DNA of 60,860 nt, the filler included, from Nemertoderma westbladi (Eukaryota; Animalia; Xenacoelomorpha): NCBI GenBank assembly GCA_032718475.1. It is 3 parts of 3 records of this genome, joined end to end, with 100 filler letters (N's around TTAATTAATTAA, not from the genome) between each part and the next. Parts side by side here need not be neighbours in the genome. Positions count along the whole stretch, not along the records: positions 1 to 26,988 come from JAUCBJ010001458.1; 2 more parts are not named here. The stretch is one strand, 5' to 3'. The notes beneath the pieces are model-generated. The model was not told the DNA's origin and searched no databases. It saw nothing but the letters and a program-made list of their open reading frames with translations. Below are positions 1 through 13,541 of the stretch, in pieces; the stretch's first letter is position 1; each line of letters opens with the position of its first letter. The position numbers and the translations under genes are program-made.

Positions 1-1855
1 TTCTACACCCAACAGTCCCATTCTACCCACAGTGCACTTCTACCCCCAACTGTCCCATTCTACCCACAGTGCACTACTACCCCCAACAGTCCCATTCTAC
101 CCACAGTGCACTTCTACCCCCCAACAGTCCCATTCTACTACCCACAGTGCACTTCTACACCCAACAGTCCCATTCTACCCCCAACAGTCCCATTCTACCC
201 ACAGTGCACTTCTACCCCCAACCAGTCCCATTCTACCCACAGTGCACTTCTACCCCCAACCAGTCCCATTCTACCCACAGTGCACTTCTACCCCCAACAG
301 TCCCATTCTACCCACAGTGCACTTCTACCCCCAACAGTCCCATTCTACCCACAGTGTACTTCTAGCCCCAACAGTCCCATTCTACCCACAGTGCACTTCT
401 ACCCCCAACAGTCCCATTCTACCCCCAACAATCCCATTCTAACCACAGTGCACTTCTACCCTCAACAGTCCCATTCTACCCACAGTGCACTTCTACCCCC
501 AACAGTCCCATTCTACTCACAGTGCACTTCTACCCCCAACAGTCCCATTCTACCCACAGTGCACTTCTACTCCCAATAGTCCCATCTACCCACAGTGTAC
601 TTCTACCCCCAACACACCAACAGTCCCATTCTACCCCCCAACAGTCCCATTCTACCCACAGTGCACTTCTACACCCAACAGTACCATTCTACCCCCAACT
701 GTCCCATTCTACCCACAGTGCACTTCTACCCCCAACAGTCCCATTCTACCCACAGTGCACTTCTACCCCCCAACAGTCCCATTCTACTACCCACAGTGCA
801 CTTCTACACCCAACAGTCCCATTCTACCCCCAACTGTCCCATTCTACCCACAGTGCACTTCTACCCCCAACCAGTCCCATTCTACCCACAGTGCACTTCT
901 ACCCCCAACAGTCCCATTCTACCCACAGTGCACTTCTACCCCCAACAGTCCCATTCTACCCACAGTGCACTTCTACCCCCAACAGTCCCATTCTACCCAC
1001 AGTGTACTTCTAGCCCCAACAGTCCCATTCTACCCACAGTGCACTTCTACCCCCAACAGTCCCATTCTACCCCCAACAGTCCCATTCTACCCCCAACAGT
1101 CCCATTCTACCCACAGTGCACTTCTACCCTCAACAGTCCCATTCTACCCACAGTGCACTTCTACCCCCAACAGTCCCATTCTACCCACAGTGCACTTCTA
1201 CCCCCAACAGTCCCATTCTACCCCCAACAGTCCCATTCTACCCACAGTGCACTTCTACCCCCAACAGTCCCATTCTACCCACAGTGCACTTCTATCCCCA
1301 ACAGTCCCATTCTACCCACAGTGCACTTCTACCCCCAACAGTCCCATTCTACCCACAACAGTCCCATTCTACCCACAGTGCATTTCTACCCCCAACAGTC
1401 ACATTCTACACACAGTGCACTTCTATCCCCAACAGTCCCATTCTACCCACAGTGCACTTCTACCCCCAACAGTCCCATTCTACCCACAGTGCACTTCTAC
1501 CCCCAACAGTCCCATTCTACCCACAGTGCATTTCTATCCCCAACAGTCCCATTCTACCCACAGTGCACTTCTACCCCCAACAGTCCCATTCTACCCACAG
1601 TGCACTTCTACCCCCAACAGTCCCATTCTACCCACAGTGCACTTCTACCCCCAACAGTCCCATTCTAACCACAGTGCATTTCTATCCCCAACAGTCCCAT
1701 TCTACCCACAGTGCACTTCTACCCACAACAGTCCCATTCTACCCACAGTGCACTTCTACCCCCAACAGTCCCATTCTACCCACAGTGCACTTCTATCCCC
1801 AACAGTCCCATTCTACCCACAGTGCACTTCTATCCCCAACAGTCCCATTCTACCC
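1..1855. repeat. 37-bp minisatellite (TTCTACCCACAGTGCAC + TTCTACCCCCAACAGTCCCA subunits), truncated by window start
   Basis: Direct reading of the tandem unit, which is made of related 17- and 20-bp subrepeats. It explains all overlapping PQ/ST-rich ORFs here. Confidence 0.97.
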
Positions 1856-3600
1856 CGGTCAGAGGAATTAATTACTTATTGGATAAATGTTGATCAATTA
1901 AATAATAATTTTATAGTAGTAATTACAATCCATTCTATAGAAGGTACCGTACCAGAATCACTCTATTGTACTACGATAGGTATGTAAACTTAGTAATGTG
2001 GAATTATTGTTAACCGTTGATTTATACATAAAAATTTTTGTAATAATTTTTGCAATTTTTTTAATAAAAATTTTTATAATAATAAAGCCTGCTGTGTTTA
2101 TTCATTATTAAATCTATGACACGGCTATTGTTTTGGTTATAACAACGTGCCTATGTCTGTAAACCAAACCGTAATCCAGTGGAAGTCGGGCAGAGTCAGA
2201 AATGTGAGCTATCAGCCAACGGGTATAATTATACTAACGCCTTTTCCCAAAAGAGGGTGTCCTTGTGCAAAACTATCTTAACAGGTAGGTACCCAGATAG
2301 AATACACACCAACAGGTTTTGGTGGTCCTGGGATATCACTCGCAGTCATAATTTTAATGGATTTTGTCAAGATGGTGTATTGAAATGTGTTTTTCAAATT
2401 CTGAACATAAAAAATAATTTAATGAAAATCCAACTCAACTGCTCAAATGTCCTCATTTTGTCGCAATTACATGCAATACTAACCATCACACGCCGATTAT
2501 GCAACAAAATCAAAATATATGCCCCAAATAATAGGGGAAATTGTTTACAAAGGATCACTGTCCTTGACACGCCCTCACCCTTCCTACACCAGTTTCTCAT
2601 TATTTTTTTGACCTCACTCCATATCTATATCAGGATTTCCATGTACATTTTTGTTTATTCCATCGATCAGCTTTAATTTTACTCACAATTCCCCAATGAT
2701 TACCCTGCCTGAGCGGTGCGGCGTATCTATGTATCTATACTAATATATAACAAATCTATGTCGTTTAGTGTGACTAAACTAAATATTCGGAACAGTGGAT
2801 AATATTGACGAGCTCTCATCACTCACTGGTATAATCATAACACTATAATACAGTGTTGGGAGACCTTAAGTGACAAAAATAAACACCAGCTAGCTTTCAC
2901 CCTCAGGGCTTCTTCGGGCTATACAGTAGATGATTTACAGATTTACCGAAAAATTGCACACGTATTAAACCGGTATCTATGTAGTGAACATTGCAAACAC
3001 TTATCTTTTTCTTTCTTTTTAAATAATCCATGTTAAAAAATTGATATATTCTGGAATGATTTCACAACATGGGCTCATCATCAATTAAGGGCACATCAGG
3101 TTCTCATCTCAAGTGATATTACGGAGCTGTTTATTATGTACAATATTTTTATAGGGGAGATAATACGCCCGCCCACTGCAGCACGACCTGTATGGTAATG
3201 TAGGTATTGTTAATGTCTAAATTTTGGTGGAAAAAGTGGCGGAACCGTGTCGCCAAGGACCCCTGGTTCCTAAGCGTTTGTCTTTGTCAGGTGTGGAATA
3301 CAGAATAATATCCCATTCAACATCACTTTGTGTGCATGTTATTTCAAGAATAGAGTTATTTACTGTCTGACTGTTGAGTTTTTTGTTTATTTCACGAGTT
3401 TATTAATAAAAAATGTATGAATTTCAATTAAATTTCAAAAACGCGTGCAAAAACGCATTATTCAATATTCATTGCGTTAAATTTTCCCCGCCTCTGGGAG
3501 AGATCCAGCAAGAACTGCTGTTTATATTTGGCACTTAGGTCTCCCATCACGTAATAGTAATAATAAATATTGGGAAGGTATGAAGCATTAATGTAATTTC

Positions 3601-3861
3601 AAGCAGCAGCTTGGTCTAGTGATGACATTAATGGGCTTCCAATTAGGAAGCCCTGGTTCGATCCCTAGATTGGGCAGCACTGTTTGGGCGCAGTGCTTCA
3701 AATGCTGCAGCCTAGCCCAACCCTGGCTTTCATCCTTCAGTGGTCGATTAATTGGAACCAAGCAACTTTGGAAACAGAGTGGAAGGGTTTACTGTGGAAG
3801 ATCAACCATGGTGGTGAACAGGCATTCCTTGGCTTAATGAGCCTAAAATAATCTCCCATTA
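3601..3861 (+). mobile_element. tRNA(Gly-like)-derived SINE with Nin/Deu-type central domain
   Basis: A-box TGGTCTAGTGA, B-box GGTTCGATCCC, core CTTTCATCCTTCAGTGGTCGATTAATTGGAACCA. 14-bp TSD ATTAATGTAATTTC at 3587-3600 and 3862-3875. Second copy at ~35158-35383. Confidence 0.85.
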
Positions 3862-4972
3862 ATTAATGTAATTTCCTGTTGAATTCACAATCGACAGATA
3901 GACAGACAATCAGTTACCGCAACGGTATCGTTCATGTCAACGGTCTCCGGGTAGTGTACCGCTGCCTTACCGCTTCAATACCGCCAGACTAATTTACTAC
4001 TAATGCATCATTGGATGTGCATGTTAGGAATAGAGTAAGTAGCCTTTGTTTGTTGTTGCTAGACGTGTAGGAGGTTGTTGGTATTACGTTTTTAGTTACA
4101 TCGTACATAACTTGTGCAACTTGGTGGGAATACAGAAGGTACATAACAGGAGGATATTTAGATTTTTATATATTGGTGCATATGATGTTCTGTAGTGGGT
4201 AAGTGTGATGCAACGTCGTAATGTATTAACTTTAGTACAAAGAGATAGATGCAAAGTAGATGCATTTAAATGATGCTTTTAAAGTAGATGCATGTGTTTC
4301 TCCCCAGAGTAAGATATCCTAGATTAGGTATGGTTGGACTATAGAGAAGTATAATAGGCCTTGGATGTTAAAAGGAAAAATGTCTTAGTTATAGAAAAGA
4401 CCGGATGTTCGATAGATTTTCTTAATTATGTGGCAATACTTATTTTTCATGCTAGTTTATTATTTACAAGACGCCGAGAAATGTTGTATAACTTGTTAAA
4501 TATATGGCAATCATATGGGTTCCGATCAAATCAATCAAATCAATTTATTTTAATTTTCTCAACATAACATATATAAAATAAAATAAAATAAAATATGTAA
4601 ATAAAATATATGATTGACAACAAATATAACATGTGCAATCAATATTTTACATAATGAGTATTGTGTATGTATTGTGTATTGTGTTAGCTAGTCAAGCACA
4701 CACACAGCACAAGAGAATACGAAACTAAAGCCCCGTTCACATCCAACGGAATGGTACACGGCGTGGTGTACCGCGGGCCAGCGGTACACCGCTGAGTGTG
4801 AACGAACCTGCGGTATTCGAGCGGTGTCTGAACGGTAAATGATTTTGATTACCGCTGACTGTGAGCGACCCAACAGGTAGTTGTGCGGTAAACTGTGCGG
4901 TTTACTGCAGCCCATTTAAACAATGTTAAAATATGTATTTAAAGAACATTCTAGGTAAGGTGGGGTGATTAA

Positions 4973-5294
4973 TTTAATGCAACAAATGAGGTTCAAGGTC
5001 TACACACATGGACAAGTAACACAAAGTTTTCTTTTAGCGAGCTTTCTGCCTCTGCTAGAGAGGCCTTCCTCATTTTTATTAAACTTAAAAGTACTGAAAT
5101 ACCGCAACAACAGTACAACAATACTGTATATAATTAGTTTTGGTAGTACCGGTACTGTTGTTGCGGTATTTCAGTACTTTTAATTTTAATAAAGCCTGAG
5201 GAAGGCTTCTAGCTGAGGCAGAAAGGTCGCTAAAAGAAAACTTTGTGTTACTTGTCGGTGGGTGTAGACCTTGAACCTCATTTATTGTATTAAA
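4973..5294. repeat. Long imperfect palindrome (~145-bp arms), probably inverted Penelope pseudo-LTRs with a degenerate hammerhead core
   Basis: Arm ATGAGGTTCAAGGTCTACAC...ACCGCAACAACAGTAC is mirrored by GTACTGTTGTTGCGGT...GTGTAGACCTTGAACCTCAT. CTGAGGAAGGC...CAGAAAG lies at 5196-5225. Confidence 0.6.
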
Positions 5295-7249
5295 TGTTCA
5301 AATAATTAATGTAATTTCCTGTTGAATTCACAATTGACAGATAGACAATAAATAAGATACCGCAACGGTACCGCTACACGGTTTACAGGTGGCGAATAGA
5401 AACACCCAACAATTATATATAATCTATACCAACAACTATTATTACTCAAAATACAAATTATTATATTTGTAATAATTTTACTATTTTTAATTTATATAAC
5501 CCAACCCCAATGAAATGCAGTCTTATGGTATTCGAGTCGTACAATAATTTATATGGAAACCTGTTATGGTGCATTCACTTTATTACAGAATATTTATTTT
5601 ATTTCATTTCATGTTAAAATGCACTATGTTAATCGTAAGTTTCTAATAACATAGTAGCGTCATATGAATAGAAACTTATAGTCAGTTGTTTACCTACCTT
5701 TAAGTGTTGTTTACGTTGAGAGTGGGGCAATGAAAATATTTTAATTTAGTTAAACATACAGTTAGATGAAGTACATATGTAATTTATTATATTAATATAA
5801 TATATAATTATTACATGTATAAGTTTTTTATTATAATGTATATTATTTTCACTGAAACGTTCACTGATATCCAGAAAGTATTTATGAACGTCATTTTTTG
5901 AGAAAAGACAAACTACCAGCATTCCCTTTCACGATCGCAAACCATGAAAACATTCACATACACTGTAAATAAAGTTGTGACCCTTGTGTGTTAGTGCTGT
6001 GCCCTCCCTGCTTTATAAATTGAATAACCAGAAAAAGAGAGAGGAGAGGTGCCTTCGCGTTGCCTCAACTGTAATCTGCTGTCGAGAATTGCAGCTGCCT
6101 GGTCCAACTTTGACAATTCAATAGCATTCACCTATCGCTTATGTTCCAAAGCTACCTTTTAGCTAGTTTCTTTTTATCTTTTCTCATCATTGTTGTATCG
6201 ACAGGTCCTAGTGTTCCACGCCATCCTTTTTCATGCTGAGCAAGTAAGAATTATCTATCCTCTTCAATTTTTATCCATGGTAAGAGCATCCGAAAGTGCT
6301 ATATCAAATTAGTCTTCGAGGTTATCTTTTAAATCATTAACTTTCTTTTCCTGACAGTACAGTACAGCAGTAGGCCTACTTTTAACACATTAATTATGTC
6401 TACCTACAGTACATAGGGAAATACCAGACTGGTCACGGTCAGCTGTCAACCACCATTCGAGTACTTTCACTTTCATGTAAAATCAATCACCCGATAATAG
6501 TGATATTACACCACCAAATATTTAGGGCCACCCCTAAATATAAATATTTTCTAAAAATATATTATTTATTTCTAGACTTGCAGACTATAAAATTATTTTT
6601 TTCTTGCAAAATATTTTTACCTTAAAATTTTACATACAATTTTGGGCCACCCGAATAAGGAGGTAACAGGAATTGGGGAGGGGGGGGGGGGGGGGTAACA
6701 ACACAGGGGGGGGGGGGGGGTGGGGGGTTAACAGGAATGGGGAGGAAACAGGTTGACAGCATGGTAACCAACAAGAAGCTAGCTCATTATTTTCAATCAT
6801 ACATCCATCATTATCATCATCATTGGTCATTGATACCATCATATCACTAAAATCTACAAAATAAACACTAGTGTAATGACTATCATGTATGATATAAGTG
6901 ATATTAGTATAATTTCAATCAAGATCTCTCAAATGTCAACGTCCATTAATAACAATACGCTTTCGATCTATTTTATTCACTGTGCTTGAAATGTTGGGAA
7001 GTAAGTAATCTCAGGACTAGCGGTATATAAAGCATAGTTTATTTTCCTTATAACTGTTTTTATATATTGTATATTATATTATATATACAGAGATTATCGC
7101 CTGTCCCAGAAGGTGATATCCGTTTATAAAACCTGAGGCAAATAAATCGATTTTGCTATTGTAACCTTGTTGGATCACAGTTCTTTTTGTAGTTAAATGT
7201 AAAGTGATTTGTGGTATTTGTTTACTGTTACCTACCGCCTTCCCTTGTC

Positions 7250-7925
7250 GTTTAGTCCTTAGGCCATCTCTTTTGTTCCTACTCTACATCAACGATCTAC
7301 CGAATTCTACTAACTTACTAGCTACCCTATTTGCGGACGACACTACACTTTATAACTGATGCTAATATTCATAATCTAATTTCTAACTCTTCTACAGAAC
7401 TAAATAAGATAGCGGATTGGCTAATAGCAAATAGGTTATCTCTAAATTTGAAGAAAACAGAGTATACAATATTTTCCAACACAATTCGAGATGTCACTCA
7501 TATCCCTCAACTAACTATTAACTCATATACGTCCACTACTAAATTCCTTGGGATATGGGTGGACAACAAACTAGTATGGAAAGAACACAATTACTTGTAT
7601 CCTTAAAAAAAATCTCTAGAACAACAGGCATATTCTATAAACTGCGCCATATCTTCCCGCTACATATCTTGCGACAACTCTACTTTGGCCTAATACATCC
7701 TTACTTAAACTATGGACTTCTACTTTGGGGAAGTACCTATGCCTCTACGCTAAAACCTCTTAGAGTAAAAATAAATAAATTTATTAGGTGTATCACTTTC
7801 AGCCATTGGCAAGCGCCCTTCAATTTGGAATAATATCCACCACAATATACGAACAAAAACCTCAAAGTCGTCCTTCTCAAAGGCCTATAAACAATATCTA
7901 CTGGGAGAAAACACAATATAAATAA
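7250..7925 (+). mobile_element. Decayed CR1/L2-clade LINE reverse transcriptase fragment
   Basis: Translates to LYINDLP...LFADDTTL, WLIANRLSLNLKKTEY, KFLGIWVDNKLVW, LYFGLIHPYLNYGLLLWG, with frameshifts. Confidence 0.85.
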
Positions 7926-8409
7926 CTATTCTATTCTAAATACGACTCTACTCACCCTACTAATGAATTACAATGCTGTAACTCACTGTTGTAAACGTTA
8001 AACCGATGTGGAGCTATTGCGATGAAATAAAATAAAGTTATTCAATATTGTATGCCACTTAATTATTTACACCATTTCACTTTATGCCACTTCTTTTTTA
8101 ATTTGTATAATCTGCAAGCAACGTGCCCCCCCCCCCCCCCCCCTTCCCCTTCTACAAACTGTTATTATTACATCGTATTTTTAAACCTGATTTTATTCAG
8201 GTTCAATCACCGTGTCACTGTCACTGGGTGGTAGCGCTCACTAGCTCTAAGATGCCATCCAGACCATTATCATAATTGTATTCACTCATATAGGAATCAC
8301 CCCAAATACTCATCCAATAATTTGCTTCATCACAACTGGTGTTGTGGTTCCTTTCCAATAGTGATGTTTTAAACTATATATTCGAATGTTGATGTTGAAA
8401 ATATATTCA

Positions 8410-8801
8410 AGTTCAAGTTCGTCATTGCCGCAAACATTTCATTTGACCTAGTGAACCCTTTGTCTATAATGATATCGATTTTTATCGTTTTTTTTTCAGG
8501 TGTCGGCAGATAGAGGATCGTATTGATTTTAATGAGTTAAGTTTATAAATATCCTTATCTTCCTTTTTCTCGTTTGCATAGAATTTTTTCAGCATATCAG
8601 GGAGATCTTTGTATTTATGGTGTTCAAGTGCTTTACAGCCCGTTTCTTCAAGAAACATTTTAAAATTGTCAGATGGGAAATTGTTGCGCTTTTCGTGTTC
8701 TGACTGTCTTTCATGTTTAGCAAGTGTTGCTGTCTGTCACCGGAAGCATCTGCTGCAAATCTCTTTCTATTATTAGGTCTATTATTGTTGCTGAAACTCA
8801 T
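8410..8801 (-). pseudogene. Crypton-type (DUF3504/KCTD1/ZMYM-related) tyrosine recombinase N-terminal fragment, frameshifted
   Basis: KDSQNTKSAT..., then in a shifted frame DLPDMLKKFYANEKKEDKDIYKLNSLKSIRSSICRHLK and KIDIIIDKGFTRSNEMFAAM, matching the recalled Crypton core-binding pattern KFY..RKKDG..Y...SL.SIR.AI.RHL...IDII.D..F..SN. Confidence 0.7.
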
Positions 8802-9717
8802 CTTATGACGAATTTAAGCACTGCAGTAATAATACTGTACTGTAGTACAGCCAGTGTGTGAGCATGTTTTGTGATAAAACTCAAAATAAAAATTTTAATA
8901 AGTAAACTCGAAACTCAAAAAAAAACATAAAAAGAAAAAAAGAATAAACCCATAAAAACTCTAATCAATATTCATTTAAAAGTATTAAGAAATGTACTTA
9001 AAAATATTTCATTTTAATTTACTAGCTATTTTAAAATAAAAAAAACTAGCTATATGTTCTAGAACATTAAATTTTTTATTGTATTTATGGTCTAGAATAG
9101 TATATAATAATTTCGTATTGTTCTGCAACTCCTCAATGTTGCCATTTTATCAATGATATATGATTTATAAATGTAGTGCTATAAGGAACTCTAACCGAAA
9201 AGTTGATGCAATATTTTCAAAAAACGGCACACATTACTACACACTATAATACACACTATACTACAGTATAGTGCGGACTTCAATATTAGCTCCTGGTTGG
9301 CAACTGTTATATTATAATTAGCTACAAAAGTGATTTAAATCAGTTGGGAATGGAGTTAAATTCTTTCAACTTTGGGAAGACTGTGAAAAAAATATTGTCT
9401 AAAACACAACAATAAATGTGTAAGTTTTAGAATTTTTTATTAGGAGTGTTAATATAGTTACATTGGGTATTTTGGATTTGGCTTGGTGATATACAGTTAT
9501 TTAAGTTCTAGAATTTTGTATTAGGAGTGTTGATATAATTACATTGGGTATTTTGGCTTCAGCTGGGTGATATGCAGTTATATCACCCTATTGTTTGGCC
9601 AATCAGATTTGAGAATAAGCGAGTATTCATGATAAACTTGTTTATATATAAAACATTCAATTGTCTCATACTTCATACTCTTACTATATTGTTGGTACTC
9701 ATTTTATCGCATTTCAG

Positions 9718-9912
9718 GTGAACATAATGGTAAAGAATTGTGTTGATGTTGTTTTCGGTGGACTTTCTTACTGGGCCTTTGGTTATGCAATGGCTTTTGG
9801 TGGTGATGAAGATGTCAGTATATTCAGTGGGTTCATTGGAAATACAAAATGGATGGTGGATGCTAACGACCAAAATGAAATGGGCACTCTGTTCTCTCAC
9901 TTTTTCTTTCAA
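9718..9912 (+). CDS. Amt: Ammonium transporter (Amt family), single internal exon (65 aa, phase 0/0)
   Basis: tttcAG|GTG...CAA|GTaaat. Peptide VNIMVKNCVDVVFGGLSYWAFGYAMAFG...FIG...FSHFFFQ is typical of invertebrate Amt. Other exons were not found in this contig. Confidence 0.88.
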
Positions 9913-10249
9913 GTAAATATAATGTTATAAAAAACGATTTTTTAAACTTATTTAAATAATATTATTGATGTTGATTTGAAGGCCGACACTACTGGTCAGG
10001 TAGAAATAGAACCATACAGATATAAATAATAAGAAAGCATGATTACTAGTTTGTTAATTATGTATATTATATTTAATTCCAACTGCTAATAATAGAAAAC
10101 TTACTGGTAGTTATAGTATGTTCAACAAATAAATGCAATTTCTCTGCAAACCTACGTGCATACAATGCAACCAGGGATCAGATGACAGCTGGAAGCTGAT
10201 CGGTAGACAAGAGCACTAAAGCTAGTAGGGCATTGGTATTGCTGACAGG

Positions 10250-11697
10250 GTATTGCCTGATAACTTTATAGAAGTAAAAGTGTCTGTGTCTGTACTCCCA
10301 GATATTCACAAGGGAGATATCTGCTTTGCAGAAGTGAAGGCTGCAGTAAAGAGCATTAAGACCAATCGTGCCAGTGGAGTAGATGGTGTCCCCATGAGAT
10401 TTTTAAAATACCTGTGTGTTTAGAGCTCATCTATCCCATCATAGTAGACATGTACAGAACAACAGGAGTCCCACAAGAAATGAAAACAAATAAGTTGGTT
10501 CCAGTTCCCAAGAAGGGCAACCTAACACTCTATGGTTCTTTTTGGGGAATCTCATTAATCTCGATTACTGCAAAGCTATACAATATAATTCTATTAAATC
10601 GCATCAGGGTTCCCTTTGAGAGACTGCTCCATGGAAATAAGAATGGGTTCCATAAAGGTCGTGGGACCATGGAGCCCATTTTGGCACTTAGAAGGATGAT
10701 TGAAGAGTTATCAAAAAAGAAAGACAGGCATCTGGCTGTTATCTTTCTTGACTTCTTCAAGGTCTTTGAATCAGTCTCTCGCTCACGTATGTTCAGCATA
10801 CTTTCATTATATGGGATTCCTGATGAAATTATAGCAGCAACCAGATCAGTATACGGTGGTTCAACAACATTTGTGTCTACTGTTGACAGTGACACATAAC
10901 TATTTGAAGTGTTATGGGGAGTCCTCCAGGGAGACACACTTGTGCCATTCTTGTTCATGATTGTGATTGACTATGTACTACGCATGTCCTTAGATCATCA
11001 TAATGATGGTGGGGTGATGGTAACTCCACCTACTGGCTCCAGAAGTCGAGGAAATCCTGCCAAGTACCTAACTGATCTAGACTTTGCTGATGACTTGGAG
11101 TACTCTCAGAATCACTAGAGGGAACCCAATGGCTTCCCAGCTCATTAGAACAGGCTAGGCTGCTTCTAGTGTTGGTCTATTTTATCTCCAGAAATACCAA
11201 AATTTTGACATTTAACTTTGAAAGTCTTCAGCAAGGCTCTGAACAGATGAGCATAAGCTCAAAGGATGGTATGCTTGAGGATGTGGATGACTTCTGTTAC
11301 CTGGGATCATGGATCCGGAAGTCAGATGAGGACCTTCGAATATGTAATGGAAAGGCATGGGCAGCCTTAGCCTTAAATAGGCTTTCCAGGATTTGGAAGT
11401 CTCATAGAATTCATTGGAAACTTAAAGTCTGAGATTATTTCGAGCAGCTGTCATTCCAGTACTCCTCTATGGGAGTCCATGCTGGGCTCTAACTGCAGAG
11501 GACACCAAATCTCTGGATGGTACATTCACTAGAATGCTACGCCGGGTTCATTGTGTCAAGTACAATACACACATCTCCAACCAGACACTATATAACATTG
11601 GAGGAGCCTCATTGGTTCCCTCAAGCTTGACATTAGAAGAAGCCGCCTCCACTTTGCATGACATTGCTTTCACTGTGAAGACCAGCCAGTGCATAAT
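10250..11697 (+). mobile_element. RTE-clade LINE (family A), 5'-truncated and decayed; interrupted by the Polinton-like element
   Basis: PVPKKGNL, GISLISITAKLYN, QGDTLVPFLF, LDFADD, FCYLGSW motifs. Sequence resumes at 17971, as shown by the intact homolog at 53121 (CCAGTGCATAATCTT). Confidence 0.9.
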
Positions 11698-12899
11698 AGT
11701 AGTAATGGTTACCCCATTTCTGCGACAGTTAGACCAACTTCACACCTTAGGTGTTAAGTAGGTCATTAATTAATTAAACAATTAATTAATTGGTCGATTA
11801 AACAATTAATTAATTGTTTAATCAATCGATTTGTATCAAATAATGTTGCCAAAGGCAATTTAATTTGACACAAATCAATCAGATAGGGACGCGCGATGAA
11901 TAGATTGTACTACAGTAGATAGAAATATACAATACAATAGGCACTGTACAATACAATATACAGTACATTTGTATTATTTTTGCCGTACAATAGAATGATA
12001 GAATGAAATATAAAGACGCGAGCGGGGCCCAAAACATAAATTACCCTCACACGAAAATAAAATGGGCCAGTTTGGTCCTGGTTCAGTCCCTCAATAATCT
12101 GTGGCTGTTTGGGCTCTTATTAGACGTAGCATGACTAACCCCATTGAATCCTATGTTGAGTTATACTGTATACCAACGTGGGGCTGCCACAAAGTTTAAA
12201 TTATTTAAACCTTCAGCTTCGTTATCATGTAGACCATTGTCAAATCGCCCAAGAAATTAGAATAAACATCTGGTTTGCAATAGATTGCATTCTTTCACAT
12301 TGTGTTGTGAAGCAGCCTGCGCGCCTGATCGCACATAATTAAATAAGGCCCTCTTTTAATACATAAGTTATATACAGTTTATCTTCAATTTATTGAATTT
12401 GTTTTTATTTACAACCCTAATTGTTCTACTGTATTATAATTTATGTTTTATTATAACAAGCTATATCCTGTTAATCTTTATTAATTTTATTTGTACTGAG
12501 GTTTTCGAGGGCGCTGTTTCCAATGGTCCTACTCTCAAAACGATCTAACCTACTGTATAATTGATTACTTAAGTCTGCGAAATATGCGTAAGTAACAAAT
12601 CTCGTTTACCAGTTTTCCTTAAAAACTATGAAGCTATATTGCTTAAGAGTTCTGAGGGGCGAGCCATGAGGTAAGATGTTTGAGACTTTTTTCGATATAT
12701 TATTACTTAATTTTGACCCCCCAGTCGGTATCTATTACAATATAGGCTATATCTTTTTGCGGAGTCACATAGTAGTCTGAAGTTCCCTAGTCTGCCGCTA
12801 GAGGGCGAAATGTCTCAAAGTGAAAACCATACAGTAGCTATGAATTGGTTACTAGGCAATAATACTACATTTTGTATAGTTAGGCCTATTGCTGATCGA

Positions 12900-12985
12900 A
12901 CGAAAACTGCCCTGGTCCATGTGAGGATCGAACCCACGACCTACTGGAGATGTGAATTCAAAGCAACCACTACACCAAGGTGGAA
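12900..12985 (-). ncRNA. tRNA-like Pol III unit (SINE head) in left TIR
   Basis: A-box TGGTGTAGTGG, T-arm GTGGG-TTCGATC-CTCAC, followed by TTTT. Mirror of 16044-16130. Confidence 0.55.
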
Positions 12986-13065
12986 CAGTAACGTTCGAAT
13001 TTGTTCGTTAACGTTCGAATTTGTAAGACTCTGATTTAAGACCTGAGGCACTCCCCACAACCACT

Positions 13066-13300
13066 AGCCACAGCCACAGCCACAGCCACAGCCACAGCCC
13101 ACCCAGCCATAGCCACAGCCACAGCCACAGCCACAGCCACAGCCACAGCCACAGCCACAGCCACAGCCACAGCCACAGCCACAGCCACAGCCACAGCCAC
13201 AACCACAGCCACAGCCACAGCCACAGCCACAGCCACAGCCACAGCCACAGCCTCAGCCACAGCCTCACTCTCAGCCACAGCCTCAGCCTCACCTTCAGCC
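13066..13300. repeat. (CACAGC)n hexamer tract in left TIR
   Basis: Direct reading. Confidence 0.95.
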
Positions 13301-13390
13301 ACTTTATTGTCAAATACGCCTGAGAAAAATTCAAGAAACATCTGGTTTGCAATAGATTATTCTTTTTTCACAACTCCATTCTAGCCTCCC

Positions 13391-13400
13391 TCTATAAATA
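13391..13400 (+). promoter_or_regulatory. TATA box of cargo gene
   Basis: CTATAAATAG ~150 bp upstream of ATG 13542. AATAAA at 14376-14381 follows the stop. Confidence 0.45.
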
Positions 13401-13541
13401 GCCCCCATTCACTGCATTCCCATTCATTCTCTAATTTTCATTTTTAAAAGTTTTATTTATTTTAATAAAAGTTTTATTTATTTAAAATTTTGTAAAATCA
13501 TTTATCGAAAATTCAATACTATTAATTGACATTGCTATATA

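Noticed and set aside
32-1987. Long P/Q/S/T-rich ORFs in all three + frames
   Set aside because: By-product of a stop-free 37-bp satellite with constant frame switching.
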